From an uncultured Bacilli bacterium (GTDB lineage Bacteria; Bacillota_I; Bacilli_A; RF39; UBA660): DNA of 54,549 bases. The number at the start of each line of letters is the position of its first letter. Within the stretch, counting starts at the first letter, position 1. Below, piece by piece: positions 19,301 to 29,332 of this stretch. The position numbers and the translations under genes are program-made. The stretch is taken from NCBI GenBank assembly GCA_951800155.1, contig CATOJL010000001.1, forward strand, positions 1 through 54,549, read 5' to 3'. Below the pieces are notes generated by a model, which searched no databases, was not told where the DNA came from, and saw nothing but the letters and a program-made list of their open reading frames with translations.

Positions 19301-20152
19301 TTATGCTCTTTGCTTGCTAGCTAACAAATGAATTTTCGCATTTATTGCTTTTTTCATTTGTTCTTCTCCTGCTTTAATTACTTTTCTGGGATCGTATACT
19401 GTTTGATTTTCTTCTAAAAAAGTTCTTACAGCTTTTGTCCATTCCATTTGTAACTCTGTATTAATATTTAACTTGGTAATTCCACAAGCAATTGCTTTTT
19501 TTATTTTTTCATCATCAATTCCAGAACCCCCATGTAAAACAAGTGGTAAATGGGTACGTTCTTTTATTTCTGCCATTTTGACAAAATCCAATTTAGGTTC
19601 CCCTTTATATGGACCATGCACACTTCCTAAAGCGGGAGCGAGAGAATCAATCCCCGTTTCCTTTGCTAGCATACAAGCATCTTCTACTTTAGCATATGCA
19701 AGTTCATCCATGATGCCATCTTCTTCTCCACCAATATGCCCTATTTCTGCTTCTACAGTTACACCTCTTGCATGTGCATAATCAACAACTTCTTTTGTCA
19801 TTTTAATATTTTCCTCTAAAGAATACTTTGATGCATCAATCATAACAGATGTAAATCCACTGTCTATAGCCTCTTTGCAGATAGAGGTAGAACTTCCGTG
19901 ATCTAAATGTAGACACACAGGAACTGTAATAAAAAGAGATTCATCCAAAGCTTTTACCATAGCAGATACAACTTTAAATCCACCCATATATTGACTAGCT
20001 CCCTCGGATACACCTAAAATAACAGGGCTTTTTTCTTTTTCACATTCTTCTAAAATAAATCTTGCCCATTCTAGATTATTGATATTGAAATGAGGTATAG
20101 CATAATGTCCCTCCCTCGCCTCTTCTAACATTTTTTTGCTATTTACAAGCAT
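19301..20152 (-). CDS. fba: Class II fructose-1,6-bisphosphate aldolase
   Basis: Motifs HLDHG, EAEIGHIGGEEDG, LVLHGGSG. Confidence 0.95.
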   Translation of the reverse strand: MLVNSKKMLEEAREGHYAIPHFNINNLEWARFILEECEKEKSPVILGVSEGASQYMGGFKVVSAMVKALDESLFITVPVCLHLDHGSSTSICKEAIDSGFTSVMIDASKYSLEENIKMTKEVVDYAHARGVTVEAEIGHIGGEEDGIMDELAYAKVEDACMLAKETGIDSLAPALGSVHGPYKGEPKLDFVKMAEIKERTHLPLVLHGGSGIDDEKIKKAIACGITKLNINTELQMEWTKAVRTFLEENQTVYDPRKVIKAGEEQMKKAINAKIHLLASKQRA

Positions 20153-20213
20153 AGTATCCTCTCCTATTCTGCACCCATTATATCACATCTTAAAAAAAAC
20201 AGGAAACAAATCA

Positions 20214-20744
20214 TCAAAATAGATAAAAGATACCAATAAGAATCAACATAATTCCCCCTAATAAAGTTGCTGTTTTTCCTAATTTATTATTAATGGTCTT
20301 CCCCAGTTTTAATCCTAAGTAAGTAAACAAGAAACTCGAACACATAAAAATAATGGAACAAACAACGGGAATTGCATAAATAGTTCTAAGTCCTAGTCCT
20401 ACTGAAAAACTATCTATACTAACGGCAAGACCAAACAATAAAAGTTCGATGAGGTTCATCATTTTCACTTCTCTATTTTCCTGAAAAGAAGAAAGAATCA
20501 TTTGTATGCCAATAATACTTAATACAACTAAAACAATAATATCTGGAGATATAGGAATGATTTTTAATAACCAATAGCCAATATACATGCCTATTAGGGG
20601 CATAAAGAAATGATAAATTCCAACTATAATGGATAATAAATAAATATTTTGTTTAGAAAGTCCTAGTGTCCCATAAGCTAAAGACAGACTAAAGGCATCC
20701 ATACTTAAACTAACAGCAATTAAAATAACAGTGATTAAGTCCAT
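20214..20744 (-). CDS. MntP/YtaF (DUF204) family membrane protein, putative Mn efflux
   Basis: MDLITVILIAVSLSMDAFSLSLAYG plus an internal repeat LAVSIDSFSVGLG. ATG at 20744 has a gggagg RBS. Confidence 0.75.
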   Translation of the reverse strand: MDLITVILIAVSLSMDAFSLSLAYGTLGLSKQNIYLLSIIVGIYHFFMPLIGMYIGYWLLKIIPISPDIIVLVVLSIIGIQMILSSFQENREVKMMNLIELLLFGLAVSIDSFSVGLGLRTIYAIPVVCSIIFMCSSFLFTYLGLKLGKTINNKLGKTATLLGGIMLILIGIFYLF

Positions 20745-20783
20745 AAAAAGACCTCCCACCTTAGTATATGATGGGAGGACAAG

Positions 20784-21578
20784 TTATAGTATTTTTTTAA
20801 ACTTTCTTTTTTGAAAATAACCGGGATGTAAATCCAAATCCTGTACGACCTTATAGGCCTCTTCCAAATTTCTTCCTAAAGCATTTCTTATACAACTCCC
20901 TACGACTACATTCTCACCACCAAGTTCTTTATAATGCTTTAAAATAGGATAAGATGGAATTGTTGTAAAGGCATCTTTTCTTTTTATACCTGAGGTCACT
21001 TCTAGGGCAATTTCCTTATCAACCAACTGTTTTAACAAAGTATCTATTAACGCATAATTATGGTAATCATACCCATAATGGGTATGAATTGATCCAAGTT
21101 GCGCTAAAACATCAATATTCCCCTTTTGAACAGCATGCAAGTTCCTTAAATAGTAATCTTCATATGCCTTTTGTATTTCCTCTTCGTGTTCTAAATGAGA
21201 GCATATATTTGGAACAATTCCTGTAATTACATCCATTGGAAAAGTAGCATATAGTTTTAACTCTTTCTCCCTTAAATGCGGATTGGAAACTTGTATTCCA
21301 TTTAGTAAAGTTATCTCTTTTCTTAATTTTTGTAAATTTGAAATTTCTCCTCTTCGACTAGAAGTAGGATCACACAAATAAGTCGTAATTAAAATCCCAT
21401 TATTTTCTTCAATAGAATCTACTATAGAAAGCACGTCTATTTCTTTTTTTATTGCTTCACTAACAATATCCTCTAAATCTCGTTTTTTGCCCTTAGAGGT
21501 AGGGCAACTTAAATATATATCACTCTTTAACATAATATCACCATATGACATTATATGAAAATTATAAATATTTTTCAA
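20784..21578 (-). CDS. PHP/HisJ-like protein with degenerate metal ligands (low confidence)
   Basis: Its length and the blocks ...EAIKKEIDVLSIVDS... and ...GSIHTHYGYD... recall histidinol-phosphatase-family PHP domains. The N-terminal HxH position reads IYLSCP. Confidence 0.3.
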   Translation of the reverse strand: MKNIYNFHIMSYGDIMLKSDIYLSCPTSKGKKRDLEDIVSEAIKKEIDVLSIVDSIEENNGILITTYLCDPTSSRRGEISNLQKLRKEITLLNGIQVSNPHLREKELKLYATFPMDVITGIVPNICSHLEHEEEIQKAYEDYYLRNLHAVQKGNIDVLAQLGSIHTHYGYDYHNYALIDTLLKQLVDKEIALEVTSGIKRKDAFTTIPSYPILKHYKELGGENVVVGSCIRNALGRNLEEAYKVVQDLDLHPGYFQKRKFKKIL

Positions 21579-22092
21579 TCAATTCTTGAATAAAAAATTT
21601 ATATTCTTTCTCATTTGTATCTGTTTCATCCGCTTCCATAACACAAAGAGGAGGAAATAAAACACACCACCAATTTTTTCCTTTTCCTTCTCCTAAAGTA
21701 ACAAGAACAGATTCATAGTACCCTTCCTCATAGGTCACGCCTTTATATTTTTTTTCTGGAAAGTAGTTCAGTCCATATTTCAATTCATAAGAGAGTGGGT
21801 ATTTTTCTTCTGTTAAAACTCGTTTTACATCTTCATCAAGAAGATGTAGATTATCATTAATAATTTTTCTAGCTTCTTCAATACCAGACGTATTTTTTAA
21901 AAGTTCATATATTTTATTTTGAATGCTATCTGTTACTTTGAATTTTGTTTTTTGATCGATATCTTTATCTGAATTCGCAACCACACGTAAGCGAATCGCT
22001 TCTTTTGGAATTAAGAGATCCTCTGATTTTACCCTGTAAATGCCCCCAACAAAAAGTAGAACAAATATAGTAAGTATTGTGAATTGTTTCAT
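21562..22092 (-). CDS. spoIIR: Stage II sporulation protein R
   Basis: Signal anchor, IRLRVVANSDKDIDQKTKFKV and GEGKGKNWWCVLFPPLC are the SpoIIR signature. Confidence 0.85.
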   Translation of the reverse strand: MKQFTILTIFVLLFVGGIYRVKSEDLLIPKEAIRLRVVANSDKDIDQKTKFKVTDSIQNKIYELLKNTSGIEEARKIINDNLHLLDEDVKRVLTEEKYPLSYELKYGLNYFPEKKYKGVTYEEGYYESVLVTLGEGKGKNWWCVLFPPLCVMEADETDTNEKEYKFFIQELIEKYL

Positions 22093-22330
22093 AAAAAATC
22101 ATCTCCTATTTCATAGTGAGATGATAAATTTTTTTTATTCAAAATTTTTTTAATTTTTTCTAAATATTCAGCTGGATACTATTTTCTATCTTATATTAGG
22201 TAGAAAATATGCCTTTTAGAATGGCAATAAAATTTTGTTATTTAGGTAAAGTGTTTATAGAATAGCATATCTTCTATACCTGTTTTAGAAACGAGCATTT
22301 TAAAGTATCTCACAAATCATTTGTTTGGTA

Positions 22331-23011
22331 TTAACTATTTAAAATTATTTTCTCTAATTTATGTTGTAATTCATACAAAGTATCTTTTGAAGATGTCTTT
22401 TCTCCTAAATCTTGCACAGCTTGCATCAATAGTTGTCTTTTGGATGGATTACTATGATTTGGAATTTCTTGTTCTGTCATTTTTTCATATACTCCTAAAG
22501 TTCCATCTTCTTTCGTTTTTGAATAGTAAGTTTTATTTGTTAAACTTGAGTGAAATTCTATATTCTTAAAATGATGTCTGTTCTTTGCTAATTCTCGGTT
22601 ATTTTCTGCTTCAAGCTCTTCCTCTTTCTGTACTTGTGTTGGTGTAATTTTATGTAATTTATCTGTCGCGCCGTGAATTACTGCCATTGTTTGTAATAAG
22701 CTATATGCCTTTTCTGGTTCCATGGCATAAAATTCTCTTACTCTCTTTTTTCCTTCAAAATTATCAATTGCTCTAAGATTTGGGTTTAATCCATCGATCA
22801 TTTCATGCAACTTTAAATCAGATAATCGGGTAGGAACTTCATAGTAAGCATATAAACGAAAGGCATATGGAATACACTCGCTTCTATTTAGATTCTTTAA
22901 GCGAGTTTCTATATTGTCTGCATAACCTATCTTTACATATTCTGGAAAGGATGGATTTGTTAATATGTAAATAACACCACTTTTTTCTTTCATAAAATGC
23001 AACCTCCTCAA
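22331..23011 (-). CDS. GIY-YIG / T5orf172-domain protein
   Basis: GVIYILTNPSFPEYVKIGYADNIETRLKNLNRSECIPYAFRLYAYYEV is the T5orf172/GIY-YIG-like block. Confidence 0.6.
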   Translation of the reverse strand: MRRLHFMKEKSGVIYILTNPSFPEYVKIGYADNIETRLKNLNRSECIPYAFRLYAYYEVPTRLSDLKLHEMIDGLNPNLRAIDNFEGKKRVREFYAMEPEKAYSLLQTMAVIHGATDKLHKITPTQVQKEEELEAENNRELAKNRHHFKNIEFHSSLTNKTYYSKTKEDGTLGVYEKMTEQEIPNHSNPSKRQLLMQAVQDLGEKTSSKDTLYELQHKLEKIILNS

Positions 23012-23333
23012 TTCCTATCATTTTTTACTTCTATAAATATTCTTATTAAAAATTAAATTTTTAAAGTTTATAATGACTAACACTATTATAATACTTCTAT
23101 ATTGCTTTGCCTAGTTTTTATAGCTATTTTTTAATCATTTGTTTCCTATCTTCCCCTCCATTGAGGTTTAAACTCGCACGCCTTATTAAAGTGTCGAGTT
23201 TTTTATTTATAAAACAAGTTCATAGTATTTGATATTATGGACTTTTTTCATGGTTTAAAGGAGTTGATGAATAGTTATGAAAACGACCATAGAAAATCTA
23301 TGATTCCCTAGTGATATTAAAAAAAGACTAAAA

Positions 23334-23576
23334 ATGAAAGTTAGTACAACCAACCTTAATATTGAATTTTTATCGGGTCATATCATCAAATTTAATCAAA
23401 CTAATATAAGTGTAAGAGAACCACATAGAATTATTGTTAGTAATTCCAAAAATACTCTAATTGCACTACTATATGATGATATAGAAAAAATTTACTTGCC
23501 TAAAGAAAATGCTATTATATCATTTACTAAATATGTTTCTATATTAAATACAATGAATAAAATGTATCAAAATTAG
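23334..23576 (+). CDS. Hypothetical small protein
   Basis: ORF only. Weak RBS and no motif. Confidence 0.2.
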   Translation: MKVSTTNLNIEFLSGHIIKFNQTNISVREPHRIIVSNSKNTLIALLYDDIEKIYLPKENAIISFTKYVSILNTMNKMYQN

Positions 23577-23649
23577 ATTTAATTTATACTAAATAGGTAT
23601 CTAGCTTATTAAGAATTAATGGTATTATATTCATAAGGAGGAGTGACTT

Positions 23650-24075
23650 ATGTATGAATTTGCTGGTAGATTTAATAGAGAAGATTTATTTTTAAAAGAG
23701 TTTAATTATTGGATTTTAATCTTAAGACCTGTACCTGTAACTTTAGGTAGTTGTGTTATTTTATTAAAAAGAGAATGTCCATCTTTGGCTGAAATAACAA
23801 AGGAAGAAATGGCAGAATTTACAGAAGTCTGTAAGGTGTTTGAAGAAAAGAATAAAACATTATATGGTGCTGTAAAATTTAATTATCATGCAAATATGAT
23901 GAAAGAAAACTTTGTTCATTTCCATGCAATCCCTAGATATGATAAAGATGTTGAACGATATGGAATAAAGTGGATAGACAAAGAGTGGCCTACTGGAGTT
24001 GGAATGTATAAAACTGAAGTTTCTGATGAAATATTACAGAGGATTAAAGAAGAATTTATAAGATCTTCATTATGA
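23650..24075 (+). CDS. HIT-family (histidine triad) protein
   Basis: Strong RBS aaggagg. NFVHFHAIPRY is a histidine-triad-like block. The stop overlaps the next start (ATGA). Confidence 0.55.
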   Translation: MYEFAGRFNREDLFLKEFNYWILILRPVPVTLGSCVILLKRECPSLAEITKEEMAEFTEVCKVFEEKNKTLYGAVKFNYHANMMKENFVHFHAIPRYDKDVERYGIKWIDKEWPTGVGMYKTEVSDEILQRIKEEFIRSSL

Positions 24076-24623
24076 AAAGAATAGAATTAAAAGTGCCAAA
24101 ACTAGAAGAAATGCACTATAGACAAAAGTGGATGCAAGATCCAAATACCATGAATTATAATGCTGGCTTTGAAATGAATTTACTAGGATATGATTATCAA
24201 ACTGGGACTATGTCTAAAACTGATGAAGAAATGAAAGTTTGGTATAACAATTGGATTGGACAAGAGCCAAATAAGTATTTTGCTTATATTTATGAAACTA
24301 ATAAAAATGTTCCTATTGGAGAAGTTTATTTTTACAAGGATAAAGATAAATACAAAATGGGAATATTAATTGTAAATGAGTTTCGTGGAAAAAAATTTAG
24401 TAAAGATGCTTTAAATAAATTAATGAAAATTTCATTTGAAAAATATGGAATACCTGAATTAACTGATTCTTTTCCAGATGATAGAATTAGTGCAATTAAA
24501 TTATTTAAAAGTTATGGGTTTAAAGAAAGTGGAAATATTGAAGAAATTATTAGATTTGGTAAAAAGGATATTTCTAGAGAAATGATTATTACAAAAGATA
24601 TATATTTTAAAGAGGATCATTAA
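24072..24623 (+). CDS. GNAT-family N-acetyltransferase
   Basis: IGEVYFYK...GILIVNEFRGKKFSKDALNKLMKISFEKYGIPELTDSF...AIKLFKSYGFKE has the acetyl-CoA-binding R/Q-x-x-G-x-G/A-like pattern. Confidence 0.7.
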   Translation: MKRIELKVPKLEEMHYRQKWMQDPNTMNYNAGFEMNLLGYDYQTGTMSKTDEEMKVWYNNWIGQEPNKYFAYIYETNKNVPIGEVYFYKDKDKYKMGILIVNEFRGKKFSKDALNKLMKISFEKYGIPELTDSFPDDRISAIKLFKSYGFKESGNIEEIIRFGKKDISREMIITKDIYFKEDH

Positions 24624-24848
24624 TATTTTATTGAGTAAGAAATTGCTCTTTTTTGTTGTCTAAATTTAGAAAGGAGGCAAAATTATTAACTACTTTTTTC
24701 AAGTAGTCGTACCCAAAATTCTTGATTATTTTAAGGAAAATAAAGAAGTAATTCCTAACTATCTAATTCTAGAAGTCTTAAGAAAAGATAAACAATATCA
24801 AGAACAAATTGAAGAAATTTTAGAATTATCAAAAGAAGAAAATAAAAT

Positions 24849-25120
24849 ATGAGCTATGCAATTTTTAGAGGTGAAGGTATTAAAACTTTAAATGAATTAT
24901 CACAAAAAGGTAGTCATAATGGGAGAACAAAAGAAAAATATAAATCTAATCCTAATATTAGAACCTAAGATAGTAAAAACAATATTGAAATAGTAAAATG
25001 TAATAAATATGTAGACATATTTTATGAAATAACAAGAGAATATCAAAAAGAGCATTCCGAAAGAATGAAGAATATGAGGTCTAATAGTAAAAAGTCTTTT
25101 TATGCTTATGCTCCTATTCA
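24849..25120 (+). pseudogene. Relic of a MobV/Pre-type plasmid mobilisation relaxase (N-terminal fragment, in-frame stop)
   Basis: MSYAIFRGEGIKTLNELSQKGSHNGRTKEKYKSNPNI follows the MobV N-terminal pattern (MSYA..R..K.K......HN.R.....N..I). TAA at codon 40 (24966), then the frame continues ...YVDIFYEITREYQKEHSERMKN. Confidence 0.45.
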
Positions 25121-25280
25121 CAGCCTATTTTAGATGATTCATATTTTTATTTGAAAGATATTTTGCACGATTCGTTTCGGTTAGTATTCGTAAATTTTTG
25201 AGAAAAAACAGGTATTTATGAATAAATTTAAGTTATTATTTTTAAGAAAATTATTATAAATAAAGCTATAATTAGCTATG
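25115..25280. repeat. Repeat B copy 2 (uninterrupted), upstream of ldh
   Basis: Its reverse complement aligns with 10613-10642 + 10798-10943. It carries a single TTATAATAA at the position where copy 1 holds the MITE. Confidence 0.85.
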
Positions 25281-25373
25281 CATTGTAACCTTCTATCTCA
25301 TCCACTTTACACCTTTTTAAATTTAGCCTTAATTTTTTCTCTTTTTTTCGTTATAATAAGAGTGGGTGATAGA

Positions 25374-26285
25374 ATGAATAAAGTCGTTATTGTAGGATGT
25401 GGCAATGTGGGGATGAGTTATGCCTATGCTCTTTTAAATCAAAAAAATAGTGTCAATGAACTTGTTTTAATTGACTTGAATAAGGAAAGAACAATTGGAG
25501 AAGCAATGGATTTGAATCATTGTCTTGCTTTTGGGCCAAATAAAATGAAAATTATAGCTGGAGAATATGCGGATTGTAAAGATGCTGCGATCGTTTGCAT
25601 TGCAGCAGGAGCAAACCAAAAACCGGGAGAAACAAGGATGGATTTAATTCATAAAAATAGTTCTATATTTAAAGAAATCGTTGGACAAGTCATGTCTTCT
25701 GGGTTTCATGGTATATTTCTTGTAGCTACCAATCCACTTGATGTAATGACCTATTTAACTTGGAAATATTCTGGTCTAGATACAAATCACATTATAGGAA
25801 CAGGAACTAGTTTAGATACTGCACGATTACGATTTTTAATTGGCGATCGCTTAAAGATTAATCCAAAAAATGTGCATGCTTATGTTATTGGAGAACATGG
25901 CGATTCTGAATTTATTCCTTGGAGTAATGTAAATATTGGACTTAAAAATATTCAAGAATTTTTAGATCAAGAAAATTGTTCAAAAATAGAGGAAGAAGTA
26001 AGAAATGCTGCTTATGAGATCATTAACCGAAAAGGGGCAACTTATTATGGAATAGGCATGTGTTTAGCTCGCATCACGAGTGCGATTTTAAATGATGAGA
26101 ATACGATTATTACCGTTTCTTCTTATGATAAAGAAAATAATCTATTTATTTCCCTTCCAACCATTATTAATAAGGAAGGAGTCATTAGTAAACTATTTGT
26201 CAATTTAAGTAAAGAAGAAGAGGAAAAATTAAAAGCCTCCATTGCTTATGTAAAGGAAGCCATTGTATCTTTAGAAAATGAATAA
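25374..26285 (+). CDS. ldh: L-lactate dehydrogenase
   Basis: MNKVVIVGCGNVGMSYAYAL (Rossmann GxGxxG), DLNKERTIGEAMDL, GEHGDSE. The longer ORF from 25278 adds a non-homologous hydrophobic extension, so ATG 25374 is preferred. Confidence 0.9.
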   Translation: MNKVVIVGCGNVGMSYAYALLNQKNSVNELVLIDLNKERTIGEAMDLNHCLAFGPNKMKIIAGEYADCKDAAIVCIAAGANQKPGETRMDLIHKNSSIFKEIVGQVMSSGFHGIFLVATNPLDVMTYLTWKYSGLDTNHIIGTGTSLDTARLRFLIGDRLKINPKNVHAYVIGEHGDSEFIPWSNVNIGLKNIQEFLDQENCSKIEEEVRNAAYEIINRKGATYYGIGMCLARITSAILNDENTIITVSSYDKENNLFISLPTIINKEGVISKLFVNLSKEEEEKLKASIAYVKEAIVSLENE

Positions 26286-26290
26286 AAAAA

Positions 26291-26319
26291 ATTCAAGCAA
26301 AGACCACTTGGATTTTTTT
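26291..26319 (+). terminator. Possible bidirectional terminator between ldh and rlmH
   Basis: attcaag-(9 nt)-cttggat (one G-U pair) followed by tttttt and preceded by an A-run. Confidence 0.4.
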
Positions 26320-26770
26320 ATTTATGATATGATTCATTATTTTCTATTTTAAAGGAACGATAAATTTGCTCTAAGAGTATGATTCGAAAAAGTTGATGAG
26401 GAAATGTTAGTTTCGAGAAAGAAAGAGAAAAATTTCCTCGTTTTAATACTGCATCACTTAACCCGTTAGAACCTCCTATAATAAAAGTAACTGTCCCTGC
26501 TCTCATTTTTATTTCTTGCAATTTTTCCGATAAGGAAATAGAGTCAAACATAGTCCCTTTTATATTGAGTGTAATCACATATTCCTTTTCTTTTATATGA
26601 TTTAAAATATGTTCTCCTTCCCTTTCTTTATTATAGGATGGATCAAGTGAGAAATCTGGTACTTCTATTATTTCTAATTTTGTGTATTTCTGCAACCTTT
26701 TCTCATACTCTAAAATAGCTTCTCTATAAAATTTTTCCTTTATTTTTCCTACACAAATTATCTTGATCAT
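26318..26770 (-). CDS. rlmH: 23S rRNA (pseudouridine1915-N3)-methyltransferase
   Basis: MIKIICVGKIKEKFYREAILEYEKRL...FIIGGSNGL...SLSFSKLTFPHQL is SPOUT RlmH. Confidence 0.9.
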   Translation of the reverse strand: MIKIICVGKIKEKFYREAILEYEKRLQKYTKLEIIEVPDFSLDPSYNKEREGEHILNHIKEKEYVITLNIKGTMFDSISLSEKLQEIKMRAGTVTFIIGGSNGLSDAVLKRGNFSLSFSKLTFPHQLFRIILLEQIYRSFKIENNESYHK

Positions 26771-27531
26771 AAATGAATTAACTCCGTTTTTTCATATTGT
26801 TCAGACACAATCACTTTATCAAAATGAATCCCATGTTCTTCAAATACCCCATATAAGGTAGAGAGCGCTAATTCTTTTGTATTGTTTTCTTCACTTAAGT
26901 GTGCTAAGACGATTTCCTTTGTATTCTCTCCAATAAAGTTAGCTAAATAATTAGAGGAATCAATATTGGATAGATGTCCTCTATCACTTAAAACTCTTCT
27001 TCTTAATTGGTAGGGATACCTTCCTTTTAAAAGTTTTTCTACATCATGGTTACTTTCCATAATATAGACACTTCTGTTTTTTAGCGTGTCAAAATATTTA
27101 CGATTGATAAAGCCTGTATCTGTCATATACACCACAGAATTTTTACCTTCCTCAACAATATATCCATTCGAATCGCTTGCATCATGAGAGGTTTTAATGA
27201 CATGAACTGTAATATCCTCTATTGTAAAGTCCCCCTCTATTAAATGATAAGAAAAAGGAGGCATTTCTCCTTGCAAATCCGCAAGCATTTTCTCGGTCAC
27301 ATATAACGTAGGATGATACTTTTTTAAAAAAACTTTAAGTCCTTTTATATGGTCTGAATGGGTATGTGTAACTAGAATTGCTTTTATACTTTCTGGATTT
27401 ATGTCTAATTCCTTTAAGCGTTCTTCTACATAGGAACAGGTGGGGCCTAAGTCAATAAAAATGTTTATGCTCTTAGATTTAATTAAAGTAACATTTCCTT
27501 TTGAACCACTTGCGAGTACACATACTTCCAT
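26767..27531 (-). CDS. MBL-fold metallo-hydrolase (YycJ/WalJ-like)
   Basis: LASGSKGN and VTHTHSDHIKG. Position upstream of rlmH as in Bacillus (yycJ-rlmH). Confidence 0.85.
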   Translation of the reverse strand: MEVCVLASGSKGNVTLIKSKSINIFIDLGPTCSYVEERLKELDINPESIKAILVTHTHSDHIKGLKVFLKKYHPTLYVTEKMLADLQGEMPPFSYHLIEGDFTIEDITVHVIKTSHDASDSNGYIVEEGKNSVVYMTDTGFINRKYFDTLKNRSVYIMESNHDVEKLLKGRYPYQLRRRVLSDRGHLSNIDSSNYLANFIGENTKEIVLAHLSEENNTKELALSTLYGVFEEHGIHFDKVIVSEQYEKTELIHL

Positions 27532-28868
27532 TATGACTCCTCCTTATTGATAAAATTTAAAAAAGTAGAAGTATTTCTTTTGAAAATCAAATCAATGGTC
27601 TTTGTTGGTCCATTACGATGCTTTCGAATAATGAACTCACTTTTACTTGTTGCCTCATCAATCGCAGCTTCCTTATTGTAGTAATCATCTCTATATAAAA
27701 AAGCAACGATATCAGCATCTTGTTCAATAGAACCAGACTCTCTCAAATCACTTAAAATTGGTCTTTTATCGTCACGAGATTCAACACTTCGCGATAATTG
27801 CGCTAAAGCAATAATCGGAATTTTTAACTCCATTGCTAATGTTTTTAAGGAACGAGAAATTTCTGATATTTCTAATTGTCTATTTCCTTGTGTTTTACTT
27901 GAACCACTGATTAATTGTAGGTAGTCAATAATAACTATCCCTAAATTTTCTTCACTTGCAAGTCTTCGACATTTTGCACGAATCTCTCCAATCGAAATTC
28001 CCGGTGTATCATCAATAAATATTTTTGTATCTGCAAGTCGAGAAATAGCCTCATTGACACGTTTCCAATCATTATGTTCTAATCTTCCTGTAGATAATTT
28101 AGGTCCATCAATTTGACCTACACTCGAAAGCATACGAAAAGCAAGCTGATCTGCACCCATCTCTAGATTGAATAGAGCTACTGTCTTATCCGTATGAATG
28201 GCAATATTGGTAGCAACATTTAGGGCAAAGGCTGTCTTTCCCATCGAAGGACGAGCGGCAATAATTATTAACTCATTCTCATGTAAACCAGATGTAATCT
28301 TATCAAGATCATAAAATCCTGTCGGTACTCCTGTAATTTCTCCCTTAGTTTGTGATAGTTTTTCTAAATTCAATTGTGCACGATACAGAACATCAGATAT
28401 TTTTTGAAATTCAGATCCACTACGAACCTTACTAATATTCATTAGGCTTTTTTCTGATTTATCAATCAACTCATCAAGCGTATCACTCCAATTATAGCTA
28501 TCTGTTTCAATGGATAAGGCTGTTTCAATTAATCTTCTTTTTACATAGTTTTCTTCCACAATTTTCATGTATTCTTCTACATTTGCAGCACTAGGAACTG
28601 ATGTAATGAGATCACTTAAATATTCCACTCCCCCTACACTGGCTAACTCTTTATTTTTTTCTAATTCACTTGTGACAATTGTAACATCTATAGGTATTCC
28701 TCGCTCTTTAAGACTAACAATCGTTTTAAAGATTTTTCCATGTTTGTCAAGATAGAATGTTTCTGGATGTAGTCTTTCTACCACCTTCTCACAAGCTCTT
28801 TTTGACATAAACATTGCACCAATTACGGATTGTTCAGCAACTATGTCATTTGGCATTTCTTTGTTCAT
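27531..28868 (-). CDS. dnaB: Replicative DNA helicase
   Basis: EQSVIGAMF, Walker A ARPSMGKTAF, IIDYLQLI, SRDDKRPILSDLRESGSIEQDAD. Confidence 0.95.
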   Translation of the reverse strand: MNKEMPNDIVAEQSVIGAMFMSKRACEKVVERLHPETFYLDKHGKIFKTIVSLKERGIPIDVTIVTSELEKNKELASVGGVEYLSDLITSVPSAANVEEYMKIVEENYVKRRLIETALSIETDSYNWSDTLDELIDKSEKSLMNISKVRSGSEFQKISDVLYRAQLNLEKLSQTKGEITGVPTGFYDLDKITSGLHENELIIIAARPSMGKTAFALNVATNIAIHTDKTVALFNLEMGADQLAFRMLSSVGQIDGPKLSTGRLEHNDWKRVNEAISRLADTKIFIDDTPGISIGEIRAKCRRLASEENLGIVIIDYLQLISGSSKTQGNRQLEISEISRSLKTLAMELKIPIIALAQLSRSVESRDDKRPILSDLRESGSIEQDADIVAFLYRDDYYNKEAAIDEATSKSEFIIRKHRNGPTKTIDLIFKRNTSTFLNFINKEES

Positions 28869-28873
28869 TTACT

Positions 28874-29317
28874 TCACTTCCCTTGAACATGTACTTTTAC
28901 AGTCGCTAAAACCTCTTTATGTAATTCAATTTGAATGGTATGCATTCCTAAACACATAATAGGAGATTCGATTTTTATTTTTGTTTTATCAATGTTGTAT
29001 CCCAATTTTCCCAATTCCTCTTTAATTTGTTTGGCAGATATGGTTCCAAACATTTTTTCTTGCTCACCTGTTTTTACTTGAAACTTTAAAGTTTCTTTTT
29101 CTAATTTTTGTTTTAAAGACTCCATTTCTTTAATAAGAAGAGATTCCTCCAATTTTTCAGTTTGTCTTTGTTTTTCAAAACTTTTTAAATTCGTTTGATT
29201 CGCAGCCATTGCATAACCGTTTTTAATTAAAAAGTTCATAGCATACCCATCTTTTACCTCTTTAATTTCATTCTTTTTTCCTTGCCCTTTTACATCTTTT
29301 ATAAAAATTACTTTCAT
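28874..29317 (-). CDS. rplI: 50S ribosomal protein L9
   Basis: [36 protein letters not shown]. Confidence 0.95.
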   Translation of the reverse strand: MKVIFIKDVKGQGKKNEIKEVKDGYAMNFLIKNGYAMAANQTNLKSFEKQRQTEKLEESLLIKEMESLKQKLEKETLKFQVKTGEQEKMFGTISAKQIKEELGKLGYNIDKTKIKIESPIMCLGMHTIQIELHKEVLATVKVHVQGK

Positions 29318-29332
29318 ATTCTCGCCAACTTT

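Noticed and set aside
24900-25121. 73-aa minus-strand ORF
   Set aside because: It is hydrophobic and low in complexity. It lies antisense to the better-supported MobV relic and runs into repeat B. No RBS.
25278-25373. Long N-terminal extension of ldh in the ORF track
   Set aside because: The extension (MHCNLLSHPLYTFLNLALIF...) has no counterpart in LDH and lies partly in repeat B. The Rossmann fold begins right after Met-33 (ATG 25374).
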